From: Macrostomum lignano | Lineage: Eukaryota | Assembly (NCBI GenBank): GCA_002269645.1 | Contig: NIVC01000185.1 | Coordinates: 1-64,000, forward strand | Reading direction: 5' to 3' | Length of the DNA: 64,000 bases | Part shown: piece by piece, positions 13,101 through 25,824 of the stretch | Layout of the letters: each line of letters opens with the position of its first letter | How positions within the stretch are numbered: position 1 is the stretch's first letter | The notes under the pieces: generated by a model | The model's database searches: none | Told to the model about the DNA's origin: nothing | What the model saw: the letters and a program-made list of their open reading frames with translations, nothing else | Translations under genes and position numbers: made by a program

Positions 13101-16100
13101 TGTACATGGCAGATTTAGGCTCGAACAACCGGGGAAAGTAATAAAAATTGGGTGGCGGGGCAGGGGTAGAGGTTCTGTTTGGAGTTTGAATGTTTAAAAT
13201 GGGGGGTATAGCCAATAACTCGTAAATACGCAGCCTGTAATCCTTGTCTTTAAAAATACATTAAAATGCTTCAGTTTAACTTGCTACTGAACTGAAAGTA
13301 GCTTACACGCAAATGTGTTGAGTGGCCCATCTAGTTATTCTAGCATTTGTGATTTCAACTCGTTAAAAAATCTTTCCAGACGCTATTCGAGAAATCGTTC
13401 GCGACTGCCACCTGCAGCGTTTCCATGCCAACGAGCTGATCATTCGGCAGGGCGAGAAGGGCCACAGTTTCTACCTGGTGATCACCGGACGCGTCTCCGT
13501 GTATGTCAACAGCGATGCCGAGCAGGCCTCGGAGCCTGTCACTGCTGCCGACGCCTCGGCTTCAGGCGCAGGGGGTCCCAACCAAGCAGATCGGGACCCA
13601 GAGGCGGATGCGGACGATGCCGACGAGGATGTGGACTTGGCCTTCCTCGATGATGCTAATAAATTAGCCAGTCACGGCGAGGACGCAGAAGAGTTGCGCA
13701 GCCGCTTGCTAGGCGCTCACGTGCTGCAGATGGGCGAGGGCTACGCATTCGGCGAGATCGCCCTCACCAGTCCTAACAGCATCCGTAAGGCGTCCGTCAT
13801 CTGCGATGAGGATGTCGCAGTGCTAGTAATTCACCAGGTGTCATTTACTAGAACTCTTAAAGCCTACCAGCTGCAGGAGTACCAGATGATCGAGAGCTTC
13901 ATAGACACCTGCCCCGTGTTCGTCAACTGGAGACCGAAGCAGCGGCAGAGCCTGCGCAACAGCCTGCACAAGGAGGTTTACGGATACGGCGAGCCGATTG
14001 TGCAGCAGGGCCAGAAGAGCGGAGGCCTGTTCTTTATTGTTGGGTGAGGAAGCGAGTCCATCCACTTAATAGCTATAATATTGTAACATATGATAATTTT
14101 AGCTCGTATGGCTGCGGGCACCTGGCGCAAAGCCTTCGGTGACATGACATCGTCCCATTTTCGAGGAGGGCGTTTCAAAATCTACAAAATTCACAAACCC
14201 GAATTACACCCGGCTTCACGTACGGTATACTCAAACTTTAAATACCCGGATATTAATTTTGAAGCATCTCCACTTAGGAACTGACAGCTGCGAGGCAGTT
14301 GAATTTCACAGAGTAATCATGCCAGGTTTAGGATGCAGAAGTGTGCTTCAATAAATGGACGTGAGAAACGTGAAGTTGTCACGTGTTTCCAATGCGTGCA
14401 TGGTTAGCAAGTGTATGTATATCCTCGTATCCCAAGCATTGCTGCTGCAAGACAATGCTTGCTCCGGTTGCTTCCACCACCTCAGCTGAAATTTCCCGGC
14501 TCCCAAAAACTGCCTCTACTGTTGCTGATACCTGGCTGCATGATCCCCAGTAAGGGGCGGGGGTGGTGGAGGCCGCACTGCTGACCACCCGACCATTCAG
14601 ACACTGCCATGGGTTTGGGGTGAGCCTCCCAGTGCATAGAGAAAGCCTGCTCCAGTTATTATAACATTTTTGGCCCAGACTCCCGGGACCTCTTCATCGA
14701 TCCAAGCAGGCTCAGAGGCAAGGGGTGAAAGAAAGCCAAGAGCGAGAGAGGGGAGAGAGGACAAATAGTAGACCTGTTGAATTTTTTCGTCTACGGGGGC
14801 CTTGATAGACAACCGGTAGTTGCCATGACAATAAGTCCAAATTCAGGTGCATAAGCTGCAACTTTGCCTTCAAGTCAAGTTCAAGTCTCGTTAAAATATG
14901 CTTCTATGTAGGGAAACAAACGTAAAAATAAAACTGAGAAATTTGCTTCTAGGAGCGAACCAGAATAAAGCAAAGTGCTTTCATTTCCCATCTGTCAAGA
15001 GGATCCGTGAAGCTGCTCGCCGATCCAATCAGGTGGCCGGCGAGCATCCAGAAGTCAGAGAAGGACGAACAGTCTTCAGCGGCGCCGGCAGCGACTCCGG
15101 CTCCGGCTGCAGCGGCCGTGCAGGCGGGACTGCTTCGACATCGTCAGGGCTACCAGGCTGCTGAGCAGAGGCAGCGCAGTCGTCAGGTCGAGATCGCCTT
15201 GCTAGGCGAGGGCGAGATTCTCGGGCAAGTGGAGCTGCTCGCAAGTTTAGGCGAGAGTCTCACAACTGCGATAAGCGTCGACAACACCTACGGCTACTGG
15301 CTGAATCGCGCCAATTGTCGCCGACTGCTGTCTCGCAACCGCGGCGCTCTGGCCCAGCTGCGCCAAACGATCCTGCTCCGTCTGCAGTCTCGTTCACGTC
15401 GGGCCCCTCTGATGCGTCGACTCGGCCAGGATCCTCGAATTGCGGGCGGTGCCGCGGCGGCAGCGGCAGTAGCCGCGGCTGCAGCCGCAGCAACCGCGGC
15501 TTCCACAGATCCCGTGGCAGCAGGCGAGGAGCAGCGCCAGCTGCAGCAGCAACAACGCCAGGCTTGGCTGATGCACACGCGCAAGCAGCCGCCGCCTGGC
15601 GACCTGCTCTGGCAGCACATGCTGGCCATGTACGTGGAGGGCCGCAGCCAGCTGGGTCCGGCTCCGGCCGATGCGTCGCTCTACTATCGCCACCTGTGCC
15701 GGGTGAATGCGGAGCGCAGGCGGCATCTTCGAGAGCGATCGAGGCCGGCTAAACTGGTCGCGTCGCTTCAGAACGAAGATGAGGAAGAGGCCAGGGAGTC
15801 TGAGCTGGACAGCGGGCAGCCGCAGTTGAAGATGTGGCAGCAGCAGCAGCAGCAGCGGCGGCGCACGGTCCCTAGGAGTCGCCGGCTGTTGCAACGCGAA
15901 CTGGAAGCATCCGAGAAAGGAATAGTCTCGGGTCTGGGTGAGCGGCCTGATTTTGGTTTCCGTTGAAAAATGGAGCTCTGAGTGGATAAAATATTTAGAT
16001 AAGATTCCTGGAAGGCTGACTGATCAACAGTTAGATGCTTTAAAAATCTTTTTCGACTGGCTTTCATCGCGTAACCCGGATGGAGCAAAGACGATACACT

Positions 16101-18334
16101 AAATCAGCACTATTTTTTTCGCAGTTAAGTAGAACTCATACCCAACTGGCCCGCAACATTTCCTACTCTTCAAACAAAAAGAAATGTCTTCTTTGTCTCG
16201 TCTAAGATAATGGGTGAACTTGAAAAGAAACAACTGTAAAGGTATCAAAGCATCAGTGATATGCTGTTTGGCTAGCGTAGCTTGTATTTTTTGGCAATTA
16301 ATTTTGGTGAAAAATCGGACGCTCAATTCCACAATTCTACAAAATTGTCTCGATTTTTGCGAGCAAGTTTTTTAACTCGGCGATATTCGAGGCCGTCGAG
16401 ATATTTAACAGTTTCTTAGTAGAAACATAAAACGCAAGATTTTTTGGCATCTTTGGCTCGCAAATATCCTGAAGGGGTGGAGAATTTTGGCAGCGAGACG
16501 TTTGCCCCGCCGACGTTTGTACACCGTAGTAGCTGAAAATTCATCTGGTCGGAGTGATTGGTGCAGCTTTTTGTACGCGTCTATCAGATGTAGCTTGTAG
16601 ATTCGCTTGTACTTGTATTGTTGTGGATCCTCTTAATGCAAGTGGGAATGATTATTCGCAATTTCAGCAGGTATAGTATCGAATTTCGTCTGTCTCATGC
16701 AGTAAATAGTTTCGTTTCAAGCTTCTTTGATGATTAAATCTTTCTAGAATCGTTTGAATCTTACACTGAGTTTAAAATTAAGAACAATTTTAAGTCGGTG
16801 TCAAACTTAAATTATTTGAATATTTATTTGCACAAAAGTGACTGTGTACTGAAAATCGCATAAAACATACAGTAAAAAATCTTCAAGAGCAAAGTATTCT
16901 CGTGTTAAGGAAGCAAATTAAGGGAAGGCTAGGCTGGGCTAAACTTGAACTATTGAAGAATATTGTAGCTGGGAAATGTGCGGCGGGCAAACATGCGATG
17001 GGCGAACACCCAACGGGAAAGCATCCGACGGGCGAACACCCAACGGGCAAACATCCGATGGGCGAACACCCAACGGGAAAGCAATCGACGGGCGAACACC
17101 CAACGGGAAAGCATCCGACGGGCGAACACCCAACGGGAAAGCATCCGACGGGCGAACACCCAACGGGCAAACATCCGATGGGCGAACACCCAACGGGAAA
17201 GCAATCGACGGGCGAACACCCAACGGGAAAGCATCCGACGGGCGAACACCCAACGGGAAAGCAATCGACGGGCGAACACCCAACGGGAAAGCATCCGACG
17301 GGCGAACACCCAACGGGAAAGCATCCGACGGGCGAACACCCAACGGGAAAGCATCCGCCGGGCAAAACATCTACATTTTTTAGAGAAACAAAAAAATTAA
17401 TTCCAAATTTTAAATTTTAAGATTGAATACTTGTCCTTGCCTCCACTCAGAATATCGACAGCCTGCTGCTGCTTTCGCTGCCAACGAGGCCAACAGAGCG
17501 GCCTTCCGCCCGACTGATGCTGGCAAAGGGCCTGGTGACTCAGCAGGCGCCGCCAATGCACCTCCGAGTGCCGCCTGGACAACCTCGAACTCTGGCGTGC
17601 CCCGACTGCTGACGGATTTCGAATTGTCCAAAGCGCACCTGCGCCTGATTGAGCGTCGCATTGAAGCCTTCTGCACGGATACAGCAGGTGTTGTTTATCG
17701 TAGACCCGGCGTCGGCGCGGTTGGCGGCGGCATTGGCGGCAACGTCAAAGGTCAAAAGCCGCATGTGGAGCCTCTTCTGCGACTGCCCGTAAGAAATGGA
17801 CAGTGCGTCTGATTGGACTGGGAACTTTTACTTTCGATAGCGGAAAACTCGAATTGAGTTGAGGGGAAGATACTGAGTATCACGGATTGAGTTGAGGGGA
17901 GATACTGAGTATCACGGATTGAGTTGAGGGGAGATACTGAGTATCACAGATTGAGTAGAGGGGAGATACTGAGTATCACGGTTTGAGTTGAGGGATAATT
18001 TTAAGTTAATTTCTATAAATTTATTGCACCAACTGAATTCCATTCTACCCGCCTGCTTCGAATCCGAAAGGACGTGGAGATACAGAAGCCGCGTCTCCGA
18101 GGCAGTCGCGTTCTCGTTAAAACCAAGCAGTGCCCCGCCAGCAACGCCAATGGCCAGATGGTCCTGGGGCACAGTCACGTGACCAACCACCTGGTGCAGA
18201 GTCTGCGACTGACCCTGGTCTTCCACGACGCATGGGCCGCGCTCGCCGACTCCGTCGACCTCGTCTACTCGAGGGAATCTGCCGAGCCACAGGTCTCAAC
18301 GATTGAAGTTTATAACTTTTTAGCAAAAGCTTAA
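10198..18334 (+). CDS. Protein with tandem cyclic-nucleotide-binding domains (CNBD-type), 5 exons: 10198-10327, 13380-14043, 15000-15937, 17451-17788, 18071-18334; about 777 aa
   Basis: All four introns are GT-AG with matching phases (1, 2, 1, 0), and the summed exon length of 2334 is divisible by 3. cNMP motifs: [22 protein letters not shown]...FGEIAL...RKASV and [20 protein letters not shown]...[13 protein letters not shown]...AISV. The 3' end of the last exon is uncertain (possible donor at ~18292). Confidence 0.82.
10398..12110. repeat. Intronic tandem repeat, 21-bp unit GTGAATCTCAATGAGACAGAA, about 80 copies
   Basis: Seen directly. It lies between the donor at 10328 and the acceptor at 13379 and explains the long NLNETEV, FTSVSLR and IHFCLIE ORFs. 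Confidence 0.97.
12554..12790. mobile_element. SINE-like dispersed repeat, copy 1
   Basis: About 230 bp, highly similar to 40829-41075: CAGCTATTGCGC...TTTTACAGCTGGG...GTCTTGCTCAAGGACACAA...GAATCGAACCCCCGACC (an inverted B-box-like end). Confidence 0.65.
12947..13301. mobile_element. MITE-like element with perfect 21-bp inverted repeats
   Basis: CTACTTTCAGTTCAGTAGCAA (12947-12967) is the exact reverse complement of TTGCTACTGAACTGAAAGTAG (13281-13301). A third copy of the arm lies at ~40571-40588. Confidence 0.5.
16990..17365. repeat. Intronic tandem repeat, 30-bp unit GGGCGAACACCCAACGGGAAAGCATCCGAC
   Basis: Seen directly. All six frames are open because the unit has no stop codon. Confidence 0.95.
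17853..17993. repeat. Intronic tandem repeat, ~32-bp unit ATTGAGTTGAGGGGAGATACTGAGTATCACGG, about 4 copies
   Basis: Seen directly. Confidence 0.9.
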
Positions 18335-18404
18335 AGAACAAACGTTACTGTGACGAAGTGTCTGCAATAATTGTCTCAGTCTATTGTTGAAAGCTACTTC
18401 AGCG

Positions 18405-19316
<912 letters not shown>

Positions 19317-19909
19317 GGTGAAAAATTATGTGCTTATTCAGATAAATTTAATATTAACGTTAATCGATAGTTTACGTGATAAAGACATAAAAATATAGTA
19401 TTAATACTTTATTAATAAAAAGTTCTGTAAAAATTTGCTTTCATTTCTTAGGTAAAGTCACGTTAGGGACGGTAATAAAGTAAGTACCGAACTACGGTCT
19501 GTTAAAGTTGACGCGTGAGGCATTTCTTTTCTGTTTTATTAAGTATTGGTAGGTTCTTATAAACAATTAGTCTAGTTACCAGTTTAATGGTATTCGGAAA
19601 CTAGTACAAGTTTAAATACGTTATATAGCTCTAAAACCTCTCGATATCTTTGGTTGTTAGAGGATCGTTGAGTTTGCGTGACATATAGTTTCCGCAAGCA
19701 GTGTCCGTGTTTTTTTAGGGAAACTGTTTTGAGATAACACTTATTAGTTGAGGAGTTTTGAAATCGCGGAGCAAGAATAGTTTTTTAAATCATGTGACGA
19801 AAACTAACGGACGACAACGACATTGACACCGACATATTTTCAGGGTGTATAAAGAGAACTAAGATGGATATCATCTCTTTATCCTTACGACATAAGGGGG
19901 ACTGCGACG

Positions 19910-20980
19910 AGTATAAGGGACTTCATTGGGTATAAGGGACTTCGATGGGCATTATGGGACTTCGATGGGCATTATGGGACTTCGATGGGAATAAGGGGAC
20001 TTCGATGGGTATAAAGGGATTTCGATGGGTATAAGGTGACTGTGATGGGTATAATGGGACTTCGATGGGTATCATGGGACTTTGATGGGCATAATGGGAC
20101 TTCGATAGGTATAAAGGGACTTCGATGGGCATTATGGGACTTCGATGGGCATTATGGGACTTCGATAGGTATAGTGGGACTTCGATGGGCATTATGGGAC
20201 TTCGATGGGCATTATGGGATTTCGATGGGTATCATGGGACTTCGATGGGCATTATGGGATTTCCATGGTATCATGGGACTTCGATGGGCATTATGGGATT
20301 TCGATGGGTATCATGGGACTTCGATGGGTATAATGAGACTTCGATGGGAACAATGGGGTTTCGATGGGTATAATGGGACTTCGATGGGTATAATGGGGCA
20401 TCGATAGGTATAATGGGACTTCGATGGGTATAAAGGGACTTCGATGGGTATAATGGGACTTCGATGGGTATAATGGGGCATCGATAGGTATAATGGGACT
20501 TCGATAGGTATAATGGGACTTCGATGGGTATAAAGGGACTTCGATGGGTATAATGGGACTTCGATGGGTATAATGGGGCATCGATAGGTATAATGGGACT
20601 TCGATAGGTATAATGGGACTTCGATGGGTATAAAGGGACTTCGATGGGTATAATGGGACTTCGATGGGTATAATGGGACTTCGATGGGTATAATGGACTT
20701 CGATGGGTATAATGGGACTTCGATGGGTATAATGGGACTTCGATGGGTATAATGGACTTCGATGGGTATAAAGGGACTTCGATGGGTATAAAGGGACTTC
20801 GATGGGTATAATGGGACTTCGATGGGTATAATGGGACTTCGATGGGTATAAAGGGACATCGATGGGTATAATGGGACTTCGATGGGTATAATGGGACTTC
20901 GATGGGTATAATGGGACTTCGATGGGTATAATGGGACTTCGATGGGTATAATGGGACTTCGATGGGTATAATGGGACTTG
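19910..20980. repeat. Tandem repeat, 20-bp unit GGGTATAATGGGACTTCGAT, inside the mirror block (complement reading CCCATATTACCCTGAAGCTA)
   Basis: Seen directly. Confidence 0.95.
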
Positions 20981-22032
20981 TTAAAGCGTAGCTCCATAAT
21001 CTTGAAATTCGAATCTATTCAAAGACGATTCAACTATAGGCTAGGGTCTGGTCTCCTAAGTCTCGTACGTACCGGACTCGAACGTTAGCATGTCAATTTT
21101 GTCCATTGATTCCGAAGAGAGCGGGAAGTTCAACTCGTCCCCCCACCGACTGACCGGTATCGTTGCCTGCACGGGCTGTCCGAAACTGAGTTGTTTCGTT
21201 GTTTGTTACGGGCAACGGCTCAGGAGTCGTCGGGCCGGTCGGTGGGGTAGCGAGAGGAGGAGGTTCACAACGGTTTTACTCGGCTTATTCGTCAAACTCA
21301 GGGAAATTCATGGTGGGGGACGAGACGCGACTGTGACCGTCAGCGAGGCGTAAGAGCATAAAAGATTAGTTTATAAGTCGGACGACCTTCAAGATTATTA
21401 ACTTACAGACTCAACGTCGCAGGCCGTCGCCTGTTTGGGAAGGATGAGTGGAATGCGACACAAAAAATTAAACGTCGGTACGACGAGAGGTCGAAGGGCA
21501 CAGCGAAGTACTGCTTCCTCCTTCTCTATCCCGTCTTTTAAAACCTTCCTTTATCTCCTCCAGGACGTCCGACTGCCTCCGTCTTCTTGTTACTTGTCCA
21601 ACGAATCACTCTCCCCACCGACAGGCCAGAGGGCGCCGGAAGTTTTGAGGTAGCGGGGGGGAAAACGCTGCACGTCGTTGGCGTCTCAACCGACCGGACG
21701 TCGTCGAGGCGGACAGCGAGGGTATCTCAGGACCCTCGAGGGAGGAGTTTCTGTTCCCCTGCGACCCTGCTACCCCTCTCAAAAAGGGGAAATTGGGGGA
21801 GGGCGGTACGGGCAGAGAGACGACGTACCCCTTCCTTTCGTTAAACGGACTCGTCTCACCTTAAGAGCCGAACCCCTTGCCACCGAACGACCACCCTGCG
21901 CCCCAACCGGATAAAGTTCAGCCACATCCGTCGGCGAGGGGTCAATTCAGTGCCTCTACACTCGTCTTTGGGCATCACTAAGCTATCGGGGAGAGCGAGT
22001 GCGAACAAAGAGTTAAGCCGTTAGCTCTTCCG

Positions 22033-22971
22033 TACCGCCTGTTCTTTTGACTGCGACGTTTCTTCTGGTTTCTTCTCCTGTCGTTCTTTTATCTCGGCGG
22101 CGGCGGTCACGTTTTTCTCCTTCTACTTCTTCTGCTGCTCCTGCTTCTCCTGCTTCTTCTTCTTCTTCTCGTCTTTTGCCTGCGATTCTTCGGGCGACGA
22201 CTGGTCCTACGACTACTCCTGCTACTCCTACTCCTTCTGCTGCTTCTACTTCTTCTCTTTGGCCGGCGACGGTGGCGGCGATTTTTCCTCCTTCTGCTTC
22301 TACTTCTTCTTCTACTTCTTCTACTCCTCCTACTTCGACTCGGTCGGTTCGGTCGCCGTCGCCGTCGACTACTGCTCCTACTCCTACTCCTACTCCTACT
22401 TCTACTACTTCTCCTTCTTCTCTTTCGACTCGGCCGGTTCGGTCGCCGTCGACTCCTACTACTACTTCTACTCCTACTTCTTCTACTTCTGCTTCTGCTT
22501 CTTCTCGGCCGATTCGGTCGTCGTCGTCGCCGACTCCTACTCCTGCTCCTACTTCTGCTTCTGCTTCTGCTTCTTCTTCTTCTTGTTCGCAGGCCCCACG
22601 GTCGTTTTCAGCTGCTCCTTCTACTTCTGCTTCTTCTTCTGCTCCTACTTCTTCTTCTTCTTCTTCTTCTCCTTCTTCTCTTCTTTCGCCTTCTCCTACC
22701 TCTGCTTCTACTCCTGCTTCTTCTTCTCCTTCTGCTACCGTACCTGTGTGACCTGTTTTACCGCCGCCTGTACTTCTTCACCGATCGCCTCAGGCCTCAC
22801 CTCGACCTGCGTCTCCTTTGCCTCCCGTACAACCGGCCTAGGTACCTGCAACTTTTCAAGTACCTTCCGTACAGCCTGCTTCTGTTTCGCAAGCATTTGG
22901 TCCTCTAGCTCCTATACTTCAGCTACAGCAACGTCGTCTAGTACCTGGCCGAACACAGACCCCGCCGCACT
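22033..22971. other. Hidden ORF readable only as the complement in left-to-right order: 312-aa highly acidic protein
   Basis: The complement of 22033-22035 (tac) is ATG. It translates without a stop as MADKKTDAAKKTKEEDSKKIEPPPPVQKEEDEEDDE...AEPAKPAAAA(D/E)n...GMDTLDKMAADMKKWLAESGVELDAEETEGMLAGSMDVEKFMEGMSDEDKAFVNQEIEDMKSMSLQQIMDRLVSGAA, with TGA at 22969-22971, followed by T-rich UTR-like sequence. Confidence 0.88.
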
Positions 22972-24359
22972 TGCGCCGATGACTCCAGACTTGCTACAAC
23001 CAGAAAGTCGGGCTGACCTCACATCGATATGTACACAAAAATATCCCTTACGTTTCGATTAAAATCCATCTACTTTACATCCAAATCAACCCTTTGCTTA
23101 ACAGCAAATAATCTACCCACAGTTCAAAACTAATTTAAACTAAAACAATTTTCCAGACAAACAGTCTAAACATAAAATCGCTGCGCAAAGTTGATTATGA
23201 AAATGCTCCTTATAAAAGAAAATTATGCTTCAATACATCTTCTAAATTGGACGAAAACAACCCCCCTTCCATAAACGTATTATCAAGCATATTCTATATA
23301 TCTGTTTGCTAAAGGGCCGTAATTGAGCGACAATATAACTTATATTGGCTTATTTTAGGGACTTACCTTGATTATGGGACCTTTAGTGTTGTGTCATGAG
23401 CATTCTAGGGTTCCAAACCGAGTCTGTCTTAAATCATCAATTCAGGTTTTATTTATTCGTCTTGACAGAGCGTGAGATAAAAGAACTAGGGCATAAAAGA
23501 TCTACTTCTTTTGTTACATGACAACTTAGCTTTGAAGCTACAGCTTTAAAAGAGTACAGCCATATCGCATAGAAATACGGAATATTCGAGGAGACTTGGA
23601 CTGTGACGACTTCCTGAGTTCACGCACAACTTTTGTAGAAAAAAACAAACATAGACACGTACATGATGCACGTGATTTAATAAGCGTGCGCGTGCGTAAA
23701 ATTGTTATCTACACTCACATTTTAAGTCTAAGTAATAAATTATATCGTTTTAAACATACTTAAAGACTAGTTACTTTGTTAACAACTGCTACAAAAAATA
23801 CGGAAATCAAAAAAAATAATTTGGCTAATAATATGCTCGCATGTGTGCACGTTTCCATACGAACGTGAACATGTGATCATAGAGCCTTTTAGCATAAACG
23901 GCAACTCTTTTCACGTACGTACCCGTTCCTTAAAAGCCACAAAGTAATTTTCACGTTAATCGTTAAAAATCTCGCCGGGAACAGTCTGTCTAATCTGATC
24001 TGATCTGACAGATCTCAGGGTACTGGTAAACGTTAATATATATTAAGAATGTACAAATTTTTGTCCTAAAAAAATAAAATAATCTCCGTCCCCCAACACA
24101 CGTGGGACCGCGTGAAATTCGCTGTAACCGTGCGTTGGCCGCTCTCCGTAATGACGGGTAAGGCGGCTGAGGGGACTCGTCCGTATGTTCGCGCGCCTAT
24201 GCATGCGTCCGTGTGTGAGTGTGTCCTCACATGTCGCCGCGATTGAAATATAATAACAATCCGTACATGTGAAGTGACGCGGAACCCCCAACCGGGAGTT
24301 CCGGCAATTAACGTGCTCGTCTCGGTTCGGCTCTAAGGTTAAGTCGGGGTTTAATTACA

Positions 24360-24430
24360 CTGACGTGAACCTTAGCTCGGACCCAGCGACCGTGTGGTCT
24401 CGTCGACGCGATGGCGACCCGATGCCGGGG
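24360..24430. mobile_element. tRNA-derived (Ala-like) SINE head in mirror orientation
   Basis: Reading 24430 to 24370 backwards without complementing gives GGGGCCGTAGCCCAGCGGTAGCGCAGCTGCTCTGGTGTGCCAGCGACCCAGGCTCGATTCC. The A box TAGCCCAGCGG fits TRGCNNAGYGG. The B box GGCTCGATTCC has one mismatch to GGTTCGANNCC. Confidence 0.65.
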
Positions 24431-25824
24431 TTGTCCTAAAACTAACAAAATTAAGAATATTATGATATGGAAGATTAACGCGAGATAAACCACTTTAGGC
24501 ACAACTTAAACCACGCTTAAGCGGTCGTCCGACTGCACAGTCGGTCAATCTCAAACCGCTATCTGAATCGTCTTTCGTCTTTCGTACGTTAAACCTTTAT
24601 CGACGCAAGTCAAACCAGACGGGTTCTTGTCGAGCATGTACATGTTCTCTTTAACTCTGTACCGTGAATAGCACTACTCTCTCCAGTCTCGTCGTAGTGC
24701 CGTCGCTTCATAGACGTCACCCACTAGGTGTGTGTCTACATGCAAGTCGCGACGGATTTAGACCTGCTTTAAGTGAAAATTATGTACATGTACGTCCACA
24801 TTGTTTAGTATAATTGTAACTATGACTGTGGCTAAATGACACGAAGCTGACAAAACAAATTACACCAAAAGTACAAACTCTCGCAAATACTGTCACGTAA
24901 CGAGCACCACTTTCATATACCTTTCGAAACTAAAAGGCAGAAAACTCAAATCGGGTACGTTTATCTTGCGCGTCAAATATGGTTTAACCAACGACCAAAA
25001 GACGTATACAGATACCGTTTAGTTAAAGAACTACCGAAGCCTGAAAAGTTCGGACATCGAAGCCTGGAGTCTTGAGTCTTTACTTAGAGATTCTCGAGAC
25101 CGGAGAGCGAGGACAGTCTACCAGTCAGGGCTCCACCGATCTAAAACCCGCTCGTCGTTCCAGGATATCGATTCTCTTCTGTCGCTCTCTGTTCGACCCT
25201 CTTAAACTTTCCATCTTCTTTAATCGATTGGCCGTCCGATTGAATTGGGCGACGGTGGTCAGGCACGCGGGGCCGAGTGGTTTGGCCTCGAAAGCTTTAG
25301 CCTGAAAGCTGATCTTCCCGTGACGTGAATGGACGGTAGATATCACTCACAGAAAATCGACAGATAGAGCTTCAGTATCGGCTTATCTTCCCTGTGACGA
25401 CCCTGATTTCAAGCGTAACCGGTACGAGGGACTGAGAGAGGACTTCTGCAGGGGGTTCTTGTGGTGGCGAGCTTTCAAGCACCGCCCAATGTACTACCTC
25501 ATTACCAAATTCCCAGAAGTACATGTACAAGTACACGTAACTGCACGCTTTTGGCACTAAATGTGTTAACACGTCGACAGATAGCGATAATGTAGGTGTA
25601 TTGTCACCTTTGGAGATCTTTAGACTAACATTTAACTCGTTTTAGCCGCTTAGCTGCCTGAGACTGCACGAAGGCACCAGTCTGGCCCTTATAGTTTGCA
25701 TGTTTATCATGATTGCTTAGATCGACTGGTTGACTGGGACCTGTGTCGCTTCCGGTCCACTGTGACCTCTGCCCCTAGATCTAGTCGCTCATCTCAGTTG
25801 GCATTGCGAAAAAGAAAGAAAACG

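Noticed and set aside
16883-17420. Six overlapping ORFs, including collagen-like GxH/GxP repeats
   Set aside because: A 30-bp intronic tandem repeat open in all frames, lying between in-phase splice sites of the cNMP gene.
19450-19570. Backward-read peptide YELFCLFFTECAVEIVWHQAMN, resembling the piggyBac PxxxFxLFFxxExxxxIxxxTN motif
   Set aside because: Only about 40 open codons and no further transposase motifs. It is consistent with the mirror orientation but too weak to call.
22047-23062. Plus-strand ORFs 22047-22751 (Ser/Thr/Pro-rich) and 22259-23062 (Phe/Cys/Tyr-rich)
   Set aside because: They are by-products of the complement-only acidic ORF (GAA/GAT codons appear as CTT/CTA). They have no domain features.
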